A stretch of DNA of 47,017 nucleotides from Ginglymostoma cirratum (Eukaryota): contig JAHRHZ010000002.1 in the NCBI GenBank assembly GCA_024137785.1, positions 20,782,881-20,829,897 on the forward strand. The letters run 5' to 3'. The notes below the pieces were generated by a model. It did not search any database, was not told where the DNA came from, and saw nothing but the letters and a program-made list of their open reading frames with translations. Position 1 is the first letter of the stretch. Each line of letters opens with the position of its first letter. Positions 35,301 to 45,749 of the stretch are shown one piece after another. A program made the position numbers and the translations under genes.

Positions 35301-38300
35301 TGGAGTCCATGAGATCCAATCATTTTAGGTCAGTGACAGGGAAAAGAATTGATTGTGGAGAAATGTTGGTGAGATTTTTTTGTGAAAAGACAGATGTAGA
35401 CAACCGGGTGGGTGAAGCTACTAATGGTAATAATGATTGAATGGTGGGATAGTCTTGAGGGCCTGAACGACCTATTCCTGCTCCTTGTTCATACGTTCAG
35501 TACAGAGGAATCTGTACCCAGCCTGCCAGTCTGGCCTACTCCTGAATCTGGGCCCACTATGACATGGTCCACCAGCGAAGCTCTCCGAGGGAGTCTGGAA
35601 TTCATTGAAGATATTTCATCACCATCTCCTTAATAATTCACTGAGGGAGAGGTCAGGGACATGTATCTCTTCAAAATGAATCAGAAAGTTAGCAATAGGA
35701 GAAAACCTTGTCCCAGTAGTCAATAGTTGATCTGCGCCTGAGCTACATTTACCTTTGGCCCATGTCTACCAATCTACTAATCAAAATGAACAGTTGACTC
35801 TGCGTTGGTTGCTCTTTGTGGAAGAGAATTTCAAACATCCTCCACCCTTCTGCTTGGACGCATTTGTAAATTTTATTCCTGAGTAATTAAGCCCCAGTTT
35901 CTGCCCTCTGCTTCCTGGTCTCTAACCAACAGAAATAGATACTCACTGTTCTTTTTGATGTCTTGAAAATTTTGACCAAACGCTTATTACCCTTCTTATT
36001 TCTAGGGAGTAACAACCCTTGCTTGTGTCATCTCTCCTCACAGTTTGATACTTGGAATCCTGGTATCATTCTGGCAAATTGACTTTGTACTGCCTGTAGG
36101 GTCAATGCACATTTCTAAGGTGTGGTGCCCAGAATTGAACACAGTATTGTGCATAAGGTCGGATGAGGGCTTTGTGTAGCTGAGACATGATTTCTATCCC
36201 CCTATTATTCTCCTCACACCTACTGGTTTGTGAGGCAGACAAAAGACCTGCCCTGGTGTCTTCCCATAGCTTGGTTTTTCCTGAGAACATGTTTAAGAGC
36301 CTATAGATTGAAGGGGATCTCTCTGCATGGAATTTGGCCAATCAAGAGACTCTCCCAGTCTCAGCATTTGCTGTAAGGATTTACAGGTTGATAGTTACCC
36401 ATCTTATGAATGCCCCTTCTGTGATCATCAGTCCTGGAGCAGGATTTGATCTCAGCTGCTGACTGAAAGGCTAGGATCATATTCACTGGGTGTCCAGATA
36501 CTCTTCATCAACCTCTGGTGCAGTTGGGACTTGAACCCAAGACTTCTGGATCAGAGGTAGGCACACTATCATTGTGCCATGAGAGATCCTAATCTCACTG
36601 GGCCTCCAATCCCTTTGTATTCTAATTCTCTATCATTGTTTCTGAGCTGGACTGCCAAGCTTCATTTTTAGTTAATGATCATTTGCCAATAGTTAACTCC
36701 TGTGCTTACTGACAAACGTTGGATTCCAGTCCCTATCAACCTTCGAATCCTGATTTTAAAATCTTCACTGCTGACTCCTGGGCCCTGAGCTTTGAAAGAC
36801 CCACCGGAAACCTCTCCGACATTCCAGCACACTGAAAAGATGACCAAAGTCTTATCTATCTGTGTACCCTTTTGAAAAGCTGCTCAAATATTTCCTTATT
36901 TGGCTAGCTATCTAATTTTGGTCACTTTTGTGAAGCATCTTGGGATGTGTTACTATGTTAAAGACTCTCTGTAAATACAAGTTTTTATTCTTGTTGAGCA
37001 TGGTTGCCCATTGATCCTTATTCTTTTTATTGCAGAGTATGAAGAGCTATGCAGTCAAACAAGTAAGAATCAGTTTGGCTATTTCCCATCTACTGTTGAG
37101 AGAGTTCCTTCAATCTCACAAGTGTTTGCACTTGATGAATCTTGACTGTCACTGAGCGCTCAGTCCAAGATAAAGGGGACCACGTAGAGGGTTCCACGGC
37201 ACTGTGTTTGCTGTTGAAGAACTCTGGCCCCCTGCAGTCAGTGGGATAGAGTGTCCCAGAGAGCCCCCTGTAGCCAGTGGGACAGTATGTTCCAGTGTGC
37301 CTGTTGCAGTCAGTTTTGTCTTATGCACTCATGGGCTGTGGGCATTGCTGGCTGGGCCTGCATGTCTATTGACTGTCCCTTTGAGAAGGTGGTGGTCAGC
37401 TGCCTTTTTAGTCCCTGAAGTCCATGTGCTGTAGGTAGATCCACAATACCCTTAAGGAGGGAATTCCAGGATCCTGACGCAGCGACATTGAAGGAACGGT
37501 GATATATTTCCAAGTCATGATAGTGAATGACTTGGATGAAAGCTTGCAGGTGGTGGTGTTCCCACGTATCTACTGCCATTGTCCTTCTAGATGGAAGTGG
37601 TTATGGGTATGGAAGGTGCTGTCTGAGGATCTTTGGTGAATTTCTGCAGTGCAACTTGTAAATAGTCCACAGTGCTGCTACTGCGTGTCCGTGTTGGAGG
37701 GAGTGGATATTTGTGGACGTGGTGCCAATCAAGTGGGCTGCTTTGTCCTGGATGGTATCAAGCTTCTTGAGTGTTGTTGGGGCTGCACTCATACACTGAA
37801 GCGGGGAGTATTCCATCACACTCCTGACTTGTCCCTTGGACAGGCTTTGGGAGTCAGGAGGTGTGTTACTCACCGCAGTATTCCTAGTGTCTGACCTTTT
37901 CTTGTAGCCATTCTGCTTATCTGGTGGGTCCGGTTGAGTTTTTGGTTAATGGTATCCCCAGGATTTGATTATAGGGGTATTCGCTGATGGTCACACCATT
38001 AACTTTTCAAGTGGCATTGGTTACATTATCTCACATTGGTGACGGTCATTGCCCGGTATTTGTGTGGCGCAAATGTTACTTCCTACTTGTCAGCCCAAGC
38101 CTGGATATTGTCCCGATCCCATTGTATTTGAACACGAGCTGTGTTCAGTAACTGAGGAGTCATGAATGGTGCTGAATATTGTTCCGTCAGCAGCAAACAC
38201 CCCCATTCTGGCCTTATGGTTGAAAGAAGGTCATTGCCAAAGCAGGTAAAGATAGTTGGGCTTGGGACATTACCCTGAGGAACTCCTGCAGATATGCCCT

Positions 38301-41300
38301 GGAGCTGAGTTAATTGGGATGCTGTATTCCAAAATACAGCCATAGGCCTGCTCTAGACCTCTGGTTGAGTTTCACTGACCGGCACCATCTTTCTCTGGTT
38401 CAGATCAATGAGATGATATCTGCCATTTGTAGGTGTCAAGAGGACTGTTAAATATTTTAATATTATTCCACTTACAACGCATAAGTCAGAACTGTGATGG
38501 GATACTCCCTACTTGCCTGGATGAATACAGCTCCTAATCACTCAAGAGGCTTGACACCATCGAAAAAATAGCAGTCCATTTGACTGGCACCACACCCTTC
38601 CCTCTCTCTACCCCTGGTGCTCAGTAGCAGCGGAGTGTTCTATAAATTTCCAATCTTCTGAACTGCTCATCCTTGATGTGTCTTTTTCCTTTTTCAGAGG
38701 ACCTTGAGAACGATGTTGGTGAGTTTTCTAATTCAGTGTTTTTGTTGACTGTTGATTTGACTTGTATCCACATCACTGAGTTGGATATGTTCCATTGGTT
38801 TCTCGTTTTAATTGGGATTGATAGATTTTGATCCAAAACCTGGGAATAATCTGTCTTTTAGTAGATGGTAACTTGTGGCTAATAGCCTACCACTAGTTGG
38901 TGAGTACAAAGCATCCTGTTTCCCCACGCCCAGGGCTAGGCAGAGCTCTGATCCAGATACTAGGTGAGGTCCAGACAGGGATCTGACCCAGATACTGTGT
39001 GAAGTTCTGGCAGAGACCTGATTCATGCCCTAGGCCAGGTCCAGGCAGAAATCTGATCTAGATCCAAAGCCAGTCACAATGAAAAGTCTCTTTGTGTCTC
39101 CCTGGACAATGAAAGCCTATCCTGATCCAGTTTCTGTCAGTTTATAATTTCAAGCATGAAGATTGTTTCTCTACTATCACTAATTAAGTTTTTTTACGTT
39201 TGCTTTGTTTTCTCACAGCGAGTGCTAATGCTAATTTAGGTAAGTTACTCTCAATCCAATGTGAGAGGGATGCTTCTCTCTCACATTCTGATTCTCACTG
39301 TGTCTGAACCTGGGTATGTTCCTCCACCTTAAGCTGCAATTTAAATACATACTGGTATTCTCCTTCTTTGTCTCTGTCTTTCTTGAGTTGGACATAGAAT
39401 TGGAAAATGAAAGCTGAGAGGATAAACCCAATAACCAAGGCTGAACAGAAAGACTGAGGATGGGACTTTCAGATTGAAGTTATTAAAGTTTTGAAAGGAG
39501 CTTCCATACAGTAGACATGGAAAAGATGTTTCTAATGCTGGAGGAAATCATTGAGATTGACCTCCTGGGCTGAATGGCCTGTATCTTTCCAGGGACCTGT
39601 AGCATTTATTTAGAAACAAAGGAAGTAGGAGTAGGCCACTTGGCCCTTCGAGCTTGCCCTGATCATGAGTCTCTTCCTCAGAAGGTGGTGGAAGCAGAGT
39701 CTTTGAATACTGTAAATACCATGATGTGGAGGTGCCAGTGATGGACTGGGATGAACAAAGTCAGAAGTTACAAGACACCAGGTTACAGTCTAACAGGTTT
39801 ATTTGAAATTACAAGCTTCTAGAATGCTGCTGCTTCATCAGGACTTCACTTGACAAGAAACATCACACCAAAAGCTTGTGGTTTCAAATAAACCTGTTGG
39901 ACTATAACCTGGTGTTGTGTGACTTCTGACTTTGAATACTATTAATGCAGATGTTGCTAGATACTTGCTGAGAAAGGGGTGAAAGGGTATCAGAAAGGGT
40001 AGGAGGAAATGTGGATGAATCAAATCAGACATCGAATGTGCAGAATAGACTCGTTGGGCTGAGTGGCCTGCTCCCTGTCCTGAGGCGTAAATTTATGTGA
40101 CCTATTGTATATATCCCTTATTCTACCTCTCTCCCAGTGCCTCCTTTTGTCTGCTTCTCTCCGTCACTGTCTGTCTCATTGTCCCACTGCCTCCCTTTGC
40201 CTGCCTATCACTGTGTGTCTCTCGCACTCTCGCTTGCTTTCTGTCACTCTGTTTCTGTTGCTCTCTGTCTCCTTCCGTCATGTTTACTGAGGATTGTGGT
40301 GGGATGTTATTGGATTAATATGGTCTTGAGGTAACATAGGAATGGATGAGAGTTTCAGTGATGGATGAGCTGAGGCTGGGTATAGTTGGACAGCGTTGGG
40401 GGGTGGAATAAGTGGACTTGACTTTTCCGACTGGATACGTTTGTGGTGGGATTGGTGGTCTAGTTCTGCTTGAGTAGAGCATTGATCATGCCACAGGGAG
40501 GTAATGTTTTATTAACGAAGATATCTTTGCTTCATTACAGGTCTGGAGAAGATTCTTTGTCGAACAGGTAAGGTCTCAACGGGCTGGTGCAGCACTGGTC
40601 AAATTCTCAGTGTTTCTCTATATCTGACCTCCACAGTGTGCTCCCATCTGAACCTGACTCCCTCCACTTTCACAGAAAGGCTAGATAGCCTGTTGGCTTA
40701 TCCCACTGTCCTATCAATGGTTGGAGATTTGATAAATGCCAGCGTCAATGGGCTGAATGGCATCTGTCTACGCTGTAAAGATTCAGTGATAGTGTTGATT
40801 GATGAGATGGAGTGGAGCTGTGGATTATTAGTCTGGCTGCACACATGACCCCCTGGACAGGGGGTCATCACTCCTCACCCTGACAGCTAAAAGTTACAGA
40901 TCAGAAAAGCCCATTGACCCATTAAAGCTCATCCCTTGAGAAGACCTCAACTGTTTCCCATCAGTGACATCTCCACTGTGGGAAAACTAAAATCCTTCCT
41001 CGATTTTCGTGGAAAGATTGTAACTGTTTCTATGTTTCCAGAACATTGTGCGCTGCACAGTGGAGCATAGAACAGTACAGCACAGGAACAGGTCCTTCGG
41101 CCCACCATGTTTGTGCCATCCATGATGGCATTCTAAGCTACTCCCATCTGCCTGCCAGTGGTCCATAATCTGGCTATTTCTTGCCTGTTTGTGTGTCAGT
41201 CTAAATGCCTCTTAAACATTGCTATCATCTCTGCCTCTAGTGTGTCCCCTGACAGAGCATTCCAGGCACCTACCACCCTCTACATAAAAAAAGAAACTTG

Positions 41301-44300
41301 CTATGCACATCTCCTTGAAATGTTTCCCCTTTCACTTTAAATCGATGCCCCTTGTATTTGACATTTCCACCTTGGGACTATCCATACCCCACAAAATTTT
41401 ATAACTTCTATCAGTTTGCCCGTCATCTCTGAAGTTCTTTTGAAAACAATCCAAGTTTGTCCAATCCCTCCTTATAGCTAATGTGCTCCAATCCAGGCAA
41501 TGTCCTGGTAAACCTCTTTTGCATTCTCTCCAAAGCCTCCACATCCTCCCAATAGTGTGGTGATCAGAACTGCACACAGTACTCCAAATGTGACCTAACT
41601 AAAGTCTTGAACAGCTGCAACATGACTTGCCAACTTTTATACTCAATGCACCAACTGATGAAGGCAAGCATGCTGTATGCCTTCTTTATTATCTTATCCA
41701 TTTGTGTTACTACTTGCAGGGAGCTATGGACTTGCACACCAGGATCCCTCTTTAATCAATGATCGTTTGGGTCCTGCCATTTACTGTATACCTTCCTCTT
41801 ACATTTGACCTCCCACAGTGCAACACCTCACACTTGTCCAGATTAAAATCCATCTGCCATTTCTCCACTCAATTTTCCAAATGGTAACTCTATTCATTGA
41901 CCATTTTCTCCAGAACTCCACCAATTTTCATGTCATCTGCAAATGTACTAATCAGTCTACCTACATTTTCATCCAAATAATTTAGATATACTACAAACAA
42001 CTGAGGTCCCAGCATTGATCCTTGTGGAACACCACTGATCACTGTCCTCCAGTCAGTAGAATACCCCTCCACAACTACCTTCTGTCTTCCAAGATCAAAG
42101 CCAATTTTGTATCCAACTTACCAACTCACCCTAGATCCCATGTGCCTTAATCTTCTGGTCCAGCCTATCATGAAGACCTTGTCAAACGCTTCAGTAAAGT
42201 GCATGTAGACAACATCCACTGCCCTCCTACATCAATTATTGTTGTCACTTCCTCAAAAAATCCAAATTTGTGGGACAAGACCTCCCTTGAACTAAGCCAT
42301 GATGACTATCCCGAATAAGTCCATTCTTTTCCAAACACGAGTGAATCCTGTCCCTAAGAATTTTCTCCAATAATTTCCCTACCACTGATGTAAGACTCAC
42401 CAGCCTATAATTTTCTGCATTACCCCTGTTGCATTTCTTAAACAATGAAAGAATCTTAGCTATTATCCAGTTGTCTGGGACCTTGCCTCTGGCTAAAGAG
42501 GGTATAAACATCTCTGTCAAGATCCCATCAAACTCCTCCCTTGCCCCCTTCAGTATCCCAGATCCCATCAGACCCTAGGAACTTATCTGCCCTAATGTTT
42601 TACCAACACCTGCTTTTTCACATTGACAAGCCCCAGAATATCAACATTCTCCCCTCTCATCTTACCATGATCCATGTCCCTCTCCTTGGTGAATGCTGGT
42701 GGAAAGTAAGCATTGAGGAACATCCCCACTTTCTGTAGCTCCACACATAAATTCCTACCTTTGTCCTTGAGTGGACCTACCCTTTCCTGAGCTACCCCTT
42801 GCTCCTGATATATGTATAAAATGCCTTGGGATTCTCCTTAATCGTACAAGCCAAGGACACACCATGGCGCCTTCTAGCCCTCCTAATTTCGTGTTTAAGT
42901 TCTTTTCAGCTTCCTTTATACTTTGCAAGACCTCAAGTGATGCTGACAGTTGTTGAATGCATTAATGCATGTGTTGGGGGGCGACGGGGTCGTAGGTAGT
43001 GGTTATTTGTCACAAAATGAGTCAAGCTGTGTTGTTGGTGGTGGGTGGGGTGCTGGTGGTGGTGGTTGAAGAAAATGTTCAACGATCCTTTAACTTCAAT
43101 TCTGTGTGTTTTCAGCTGCCGAAAGGGTCATCGCTGCTGCAGGTGAGGAGGGGTTTTCTAGTCACTTTGGCACGTTCTTCCCCCATTTCCCGGGAATCAC
43201 ACTGGGAGTTCTGTTCCACACCCTTTGGGGTTAAGATAACCAGAACTCTCCCTTTGATGGGGAGCTAAACTACGAAGGTCATCCTTTGAGAAGTGCTGTT
43301 TAAGCTCGCAAAGCATCATGTAAAGAGCAGGAGAATTCTCCAGCCAATCATTCATCCCTCGACCCATTAAATCCTGGCACAGTCTCCTCAGGTGCTGGCC
43401 AAGTTTGTACACAACTTGTCTCTCTGGCCCCAATCATGCACATTAACTGAAGAACTGATTTTTGATATTAAAAAAAAATGTTGCTTCCATTGTAGCTCCC
43501 TCAATAACATGTACTGGGGGAAGAGTTGCAGATCTTCACTCTCCTTTGTGTGAAAAATTGCTTTCTGATGTAGCCTGAACAGCTTTGTTTTAGGGTTTGA
43601 GATTCTGTCCTTCTGTGTACCCTGCCCCCCACACACAACCAGGGGGAATTGTTTCTCCCTCTCTCCCTCCAATCGAATCCTTTAACTGTATTAAATATGT
43701 CAGTTGGAACATTCCTTCATTTTCTATATTTATGATATACAAAACCAGATCTGTTTAATCTTGTTCACTTCAGTTGTATTTTGGTGGAACTGTAATGCAT
43801 CCACTCCAAGGCTACCATAGCCGCTTTCTGTATTGGTGCCCAGAACTGTGTGGTATATGGGGCTTGATCGAAGCTCAATCCATTTCAACGTCCCTTTCTA
43901 CCGTAGGGAAAAGACATGGGACTGATCGGGTAACTCTACCAAAGAGCCGTCACACTCACAATAGGCTGAATGGCCTCCTCCTATGCTGTGGTTCTTTAAA
44001 CGTTTTCCAGTTGCCCACTCACATCAGTGATTTCTGGAGAATGCTGAAAGTTGGTGTCAGAGGCCTGACCTGTGACTTCCTTTTGTGTTGACAGTACCTG
44101 TGACCTTTGACCCAGAGACCGCCAACCCCTACCTGATAATCTCAGAGGACCAGCTGACCGTGACGTTCAGTGAAAATTGGCAGGACCTTCCGGAAAGCCC
44201 GAAGAGGTTTGTCTCCCGGCTCTTTGTGATCGCGAAAAAAGGATACAAGAGTGGGAGCCAATACTGGGAGGTGCTGGTGGGCAACAAGCCTGACTGGGAT

Positions 44301-44609
44301 CTGGGAGTGGTCAAGAAATCCATCTCCAGGGAAGAGTGGATCACATTGAGCCCGGAGAACGGGTATTGGACCATCGGGAAGCGGGGTGATATCTATGAGG
44401 CCTATGAAGCGATGCCTGTAGAACTTGAGTACAAGACGATTGCTCCGAAAATTGGCATCTACCTGAACTACGAGGAGGGGACAGTTCGTTTCTATGATGC
44501 AGACTGCATGGTGCAAATCTACAGCTGCACGGCGAAATTCACAGAGGAAATCTACCCATTCTTCAGCCCCTGGGGATCCCAAGAAGGGATGACAATCTGC
44601 CCCCTTTAA
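26280..44609 (+). CDS. Butyrophilin-like gene 2, complete CDS: join(26280-26337, 29103-29456, 32477-32761, 34027-34146, 34842-34868, 37036-37062, 38698-38718, 39219-39239, 40541-40567, 43116-43142, 44095-44609); 493 aa SP-IgV-IgC-TM-juxtamembrane-B30.2
   Basis: Eleven exons with ag/gt boundaries total 1482 nt in one frame from ATG to TAA. Canonical butyrophilin domain order. Confidence 0.92.
28366..29025. mobile_element. Solo LTR (660 bp) with 4-bp target-site duplication
   Basis: Termini TGTGACA...TGTAACA, flanked by AAAC at 28362-28365 and 29026-29029. Contains an internal (GA)n run. Confidence 0.7.
29103..29456 (+). CDS. Gene 2 IgV exon, 354 nt
   Basis: ctctccag|AG...ACCA|gtaagt. Encodes EVFRVTGPEAPVIAMVGGVAVLECQL...MEIQWVR...YLGRTEF...GNISLRLRDVRLEDEGDYLC, a BTN/MOG-type V-set domain with an NIS sequon. 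Confidence 0.95.
29489..30390. repeat. C/T-rich low-complexity minisatellite, about 900 bp
   Basis: Strong pyrimidine bias. Includes ~24-bp units such as cccatctcttcccgcgcctccact at ~29914-29985. Confidence 0.9.
30847..32355 (-). mobile_element. CR1/HER1-type LINE, 5'-truncated, same young subfamily as 9426-10497
   Basis: Minus-strand [38 protein letters not shown]...[15 protein letters not shown], with a catagaacatagaa tail. Confidence 0.93.
32477..32761 (+). CDS. Gene 2 IgC exon, 285 nt
   Basis: ttgtag|GT...CCAG|gtcagt. Encodes SFGQRPVIRLDGY...GIGLQCASSSWYPLPTMHW...DGLYRVSSSI...FSCLVKS...LRIP. Confidence 0.94.
32945..33265 (+). mobile_element. LINE fragment (CR1/L2 group)
   Basis: Encodes YKAQVRSVMEYS...APTTLKKLDTIQDKA. 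Confidence 0.75.
33410..33545 (+). mobile_element. Older Penelope-type terminal repeat with decayed hammerhead-like core
   Basis: ctgaagga-gagtt..gactt-gaaatgtt followed by ctctccacagatgc.gccagacctgctga. Related copies occur at 4352-4465 and 17575-17685. Confidence 0.55.
34027..34146 (+). CDS. Gene 2 transmembrane exon, 120 nt
   Basis: tttccag|AT...AAAG|gtatga. Encodes DEFFPRMSRFFTAFILLLILLFGLLAAAGVYQYKQQKCIK. Confidence 0.92.
34842..34868 (+). CDS. Gene 2 micro-exon 1 (27 nt), ELQKRPTIK
   Basis: ctctttcag|...AG|gtatgt. Homologous to 3050-3076. Confidence 0.88.
37036..37062 (+). CDS. Gene 2 micro-exon 2 (27 nt), EYEELCSQT
   Basis: tttattgcag|...A|gtaaga, phase 1-1. Confidence 0.85.
37320..38345 (-). 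mobile_element. LINE 3' kilobase (CR1/L2 group RT)
   Basis: Minus-strand AGVPQGNVPSPTIF and QVRSVMEYSPL...LDTIQDKAAHLIG. Confidence 0.85.
38698..38718 (+). CDS. Gene 2 micro-exon 3 (21 nt), KDLENDV
   Basis: ctttttcag|...G|gtgagt. Confidence 0.85.
39219..39239 (+). CDS. Gene 2 micro-exon 4 (21 nt), ASANANL
   Basis: ttctcacag|...AG|gtaagt. Confidence 0.82.
   Translation, partial: RVLMLI
39712..39934. mobile_element. Second Penelope-type palindromic element inserted in a CR1 3' fragment
   Basis: Arms 39756-39818 and 39872-39934 are inverted. The direct repeat ctttgaatact flanks it at 39701-39711 and 39930-39940. Confidence 0.7.
40541..40567 (+). CDS. Gene 2 micro-exon 5 (27 nt), GLEKILCRT
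   Basis: ttcattacag|...CAG|gtaagg. Confidence 0.82.
41065..42945 (-). mobile_element. CR1-type LINE, 5'-truncated and decayed
   Basis: Minus-strand NYRLVSLTSVVGKLLEKILRDRI and SGVPQGSMLGPQLFVVYLNYLDENV...FADDMK. Confidence 0.9.
43116..43142 (+). CDS. Gene 2 micro-exon 6 (27 nt), AAERVIAAA
   Basis: gttttcag|...GCAG|gtgagg. Confidence 0.85.
44095..44609 (+). CDS. Gene 2 terminal B30.2 (PRY-SPRY) exon
   Basis: ttgacag|TA. Encodes VPVTFDPETANPYLIISED...QDLPESPKRF...SGSQYWEVLVG...WDLGV...PENGYWTI...KIGIYLNYEEGTVRFY...IYPFFSP...TICPL*. Confidence 0.96.
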
Positions 44610-45147
44610 TTCCCCATTGTCCAGCCCCAAACAGCCCTTATCCACGGGACCTTGGACAAGAAAGATGGACAAGATTGAGAAGGAGCGAAAGTAATTCACT
44701 TTTTGCAAAAGGGAAGAGATTGTGTTAAGTGATACAGGCATTGCCATTTTCATTTGTACATGGTTTGCAAGATTCATCATGCTCAGTGAAGAGAATCAAT
44801 GCTTACATTTGTGTGGGTGACACAAGTAGTTTGTACACGTTGGTTTTGTTGCCCCGAGCTCTTGTCCCCGAACTCACCCTTCACAAGCCCATTCCCATCT
44901 TGAAGGTATTGACTCGAATGGTGGTGGGCTAGACCAAAAATCAGTACCATCAATCGAATGTAGTTCCTACTAAATCCAAATGGAGTGATTGAAATGAATA
45001 GTAACATAATTAAGGGGAAGCTGGATAAACACATGAGAGTGGCTGACATAGTGCTGATGTAAAAGGAGATGATGATGTACTTCTAATGACTAGCAATCTG
45101 ATTAATGCTCTTGGGATACAGGTTTCTATCCCAGTCTCTGCTTGAGC

Positions 45148-45153
45148 AATAAA
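45148..45153 (+). terminator. Candidate polyadenylation signal of gene 2
   Basis: AATAAA about 540 nt after the stop codon, followed by GT/T-rich sequence. Confidence 0.55.
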
Positions 45154-45749
45154 TGCTCCTTTATTCAACACTAATGCATCTGCTTCTTCCGTAAAGCAGT
45201 TACGTGTCAGTGAAGTTGGTGTTGAATGTTCAGCTAAACTCAGATTAAGCTATGACTAAAGTTAGAAAGATGACTTTTTTGAAGCACAGGAAGTGGCAAT
45301 TCTGCACCTTTTGTGTTGAATTTCAGCTCCTCTGGGGATTTCAATCCAAAACACAATTCCTACCTGCTCCAAAAGCCAATGGTTCTGAACATGAGACCTT
45401 TCATTCAATTTATGTCAACTTTTGATGCCCCAGTCTCTCTCTCTCTCTCTGCCATCTTGGCCATTAGCCCAATCTGCTCCTCATCCCTACCCTGTAATTC
45501 TAGAGGATTCAGATGTGATGGATAGTTGGTTTAACCATTTGTCATATGATCTTGCTGAACTACATAAACTGTGACAGTATTGGTTCCCTGCTCTTATCTA
45601 CTGAAAGCACTCACTATTCCAGGCAACATTCCCTCTTAGCCAACTGCTGTCCCTTGGTGACACCATCCATCAAGAGAATTAGCTCTTTGCCTTAACACTG
45701 ACAACACCCAGCTCTCCCTCAATGCCCAGCTCTCTTGACCCTCCTACAA

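Noticed and set aside
44592-44609. C-terminal TICPL as a CaaX prenylation signal
   Set aside because: The Cys is third from the end, not fourth, and this is the usual last strand of B30.2.
44142-44780. 212-aa antisense ORF over the gene 2 B30.2 exon (and 34118-34771 over the TM exon)
   Set aside because: Antisense shadows with no motifs or splice support.
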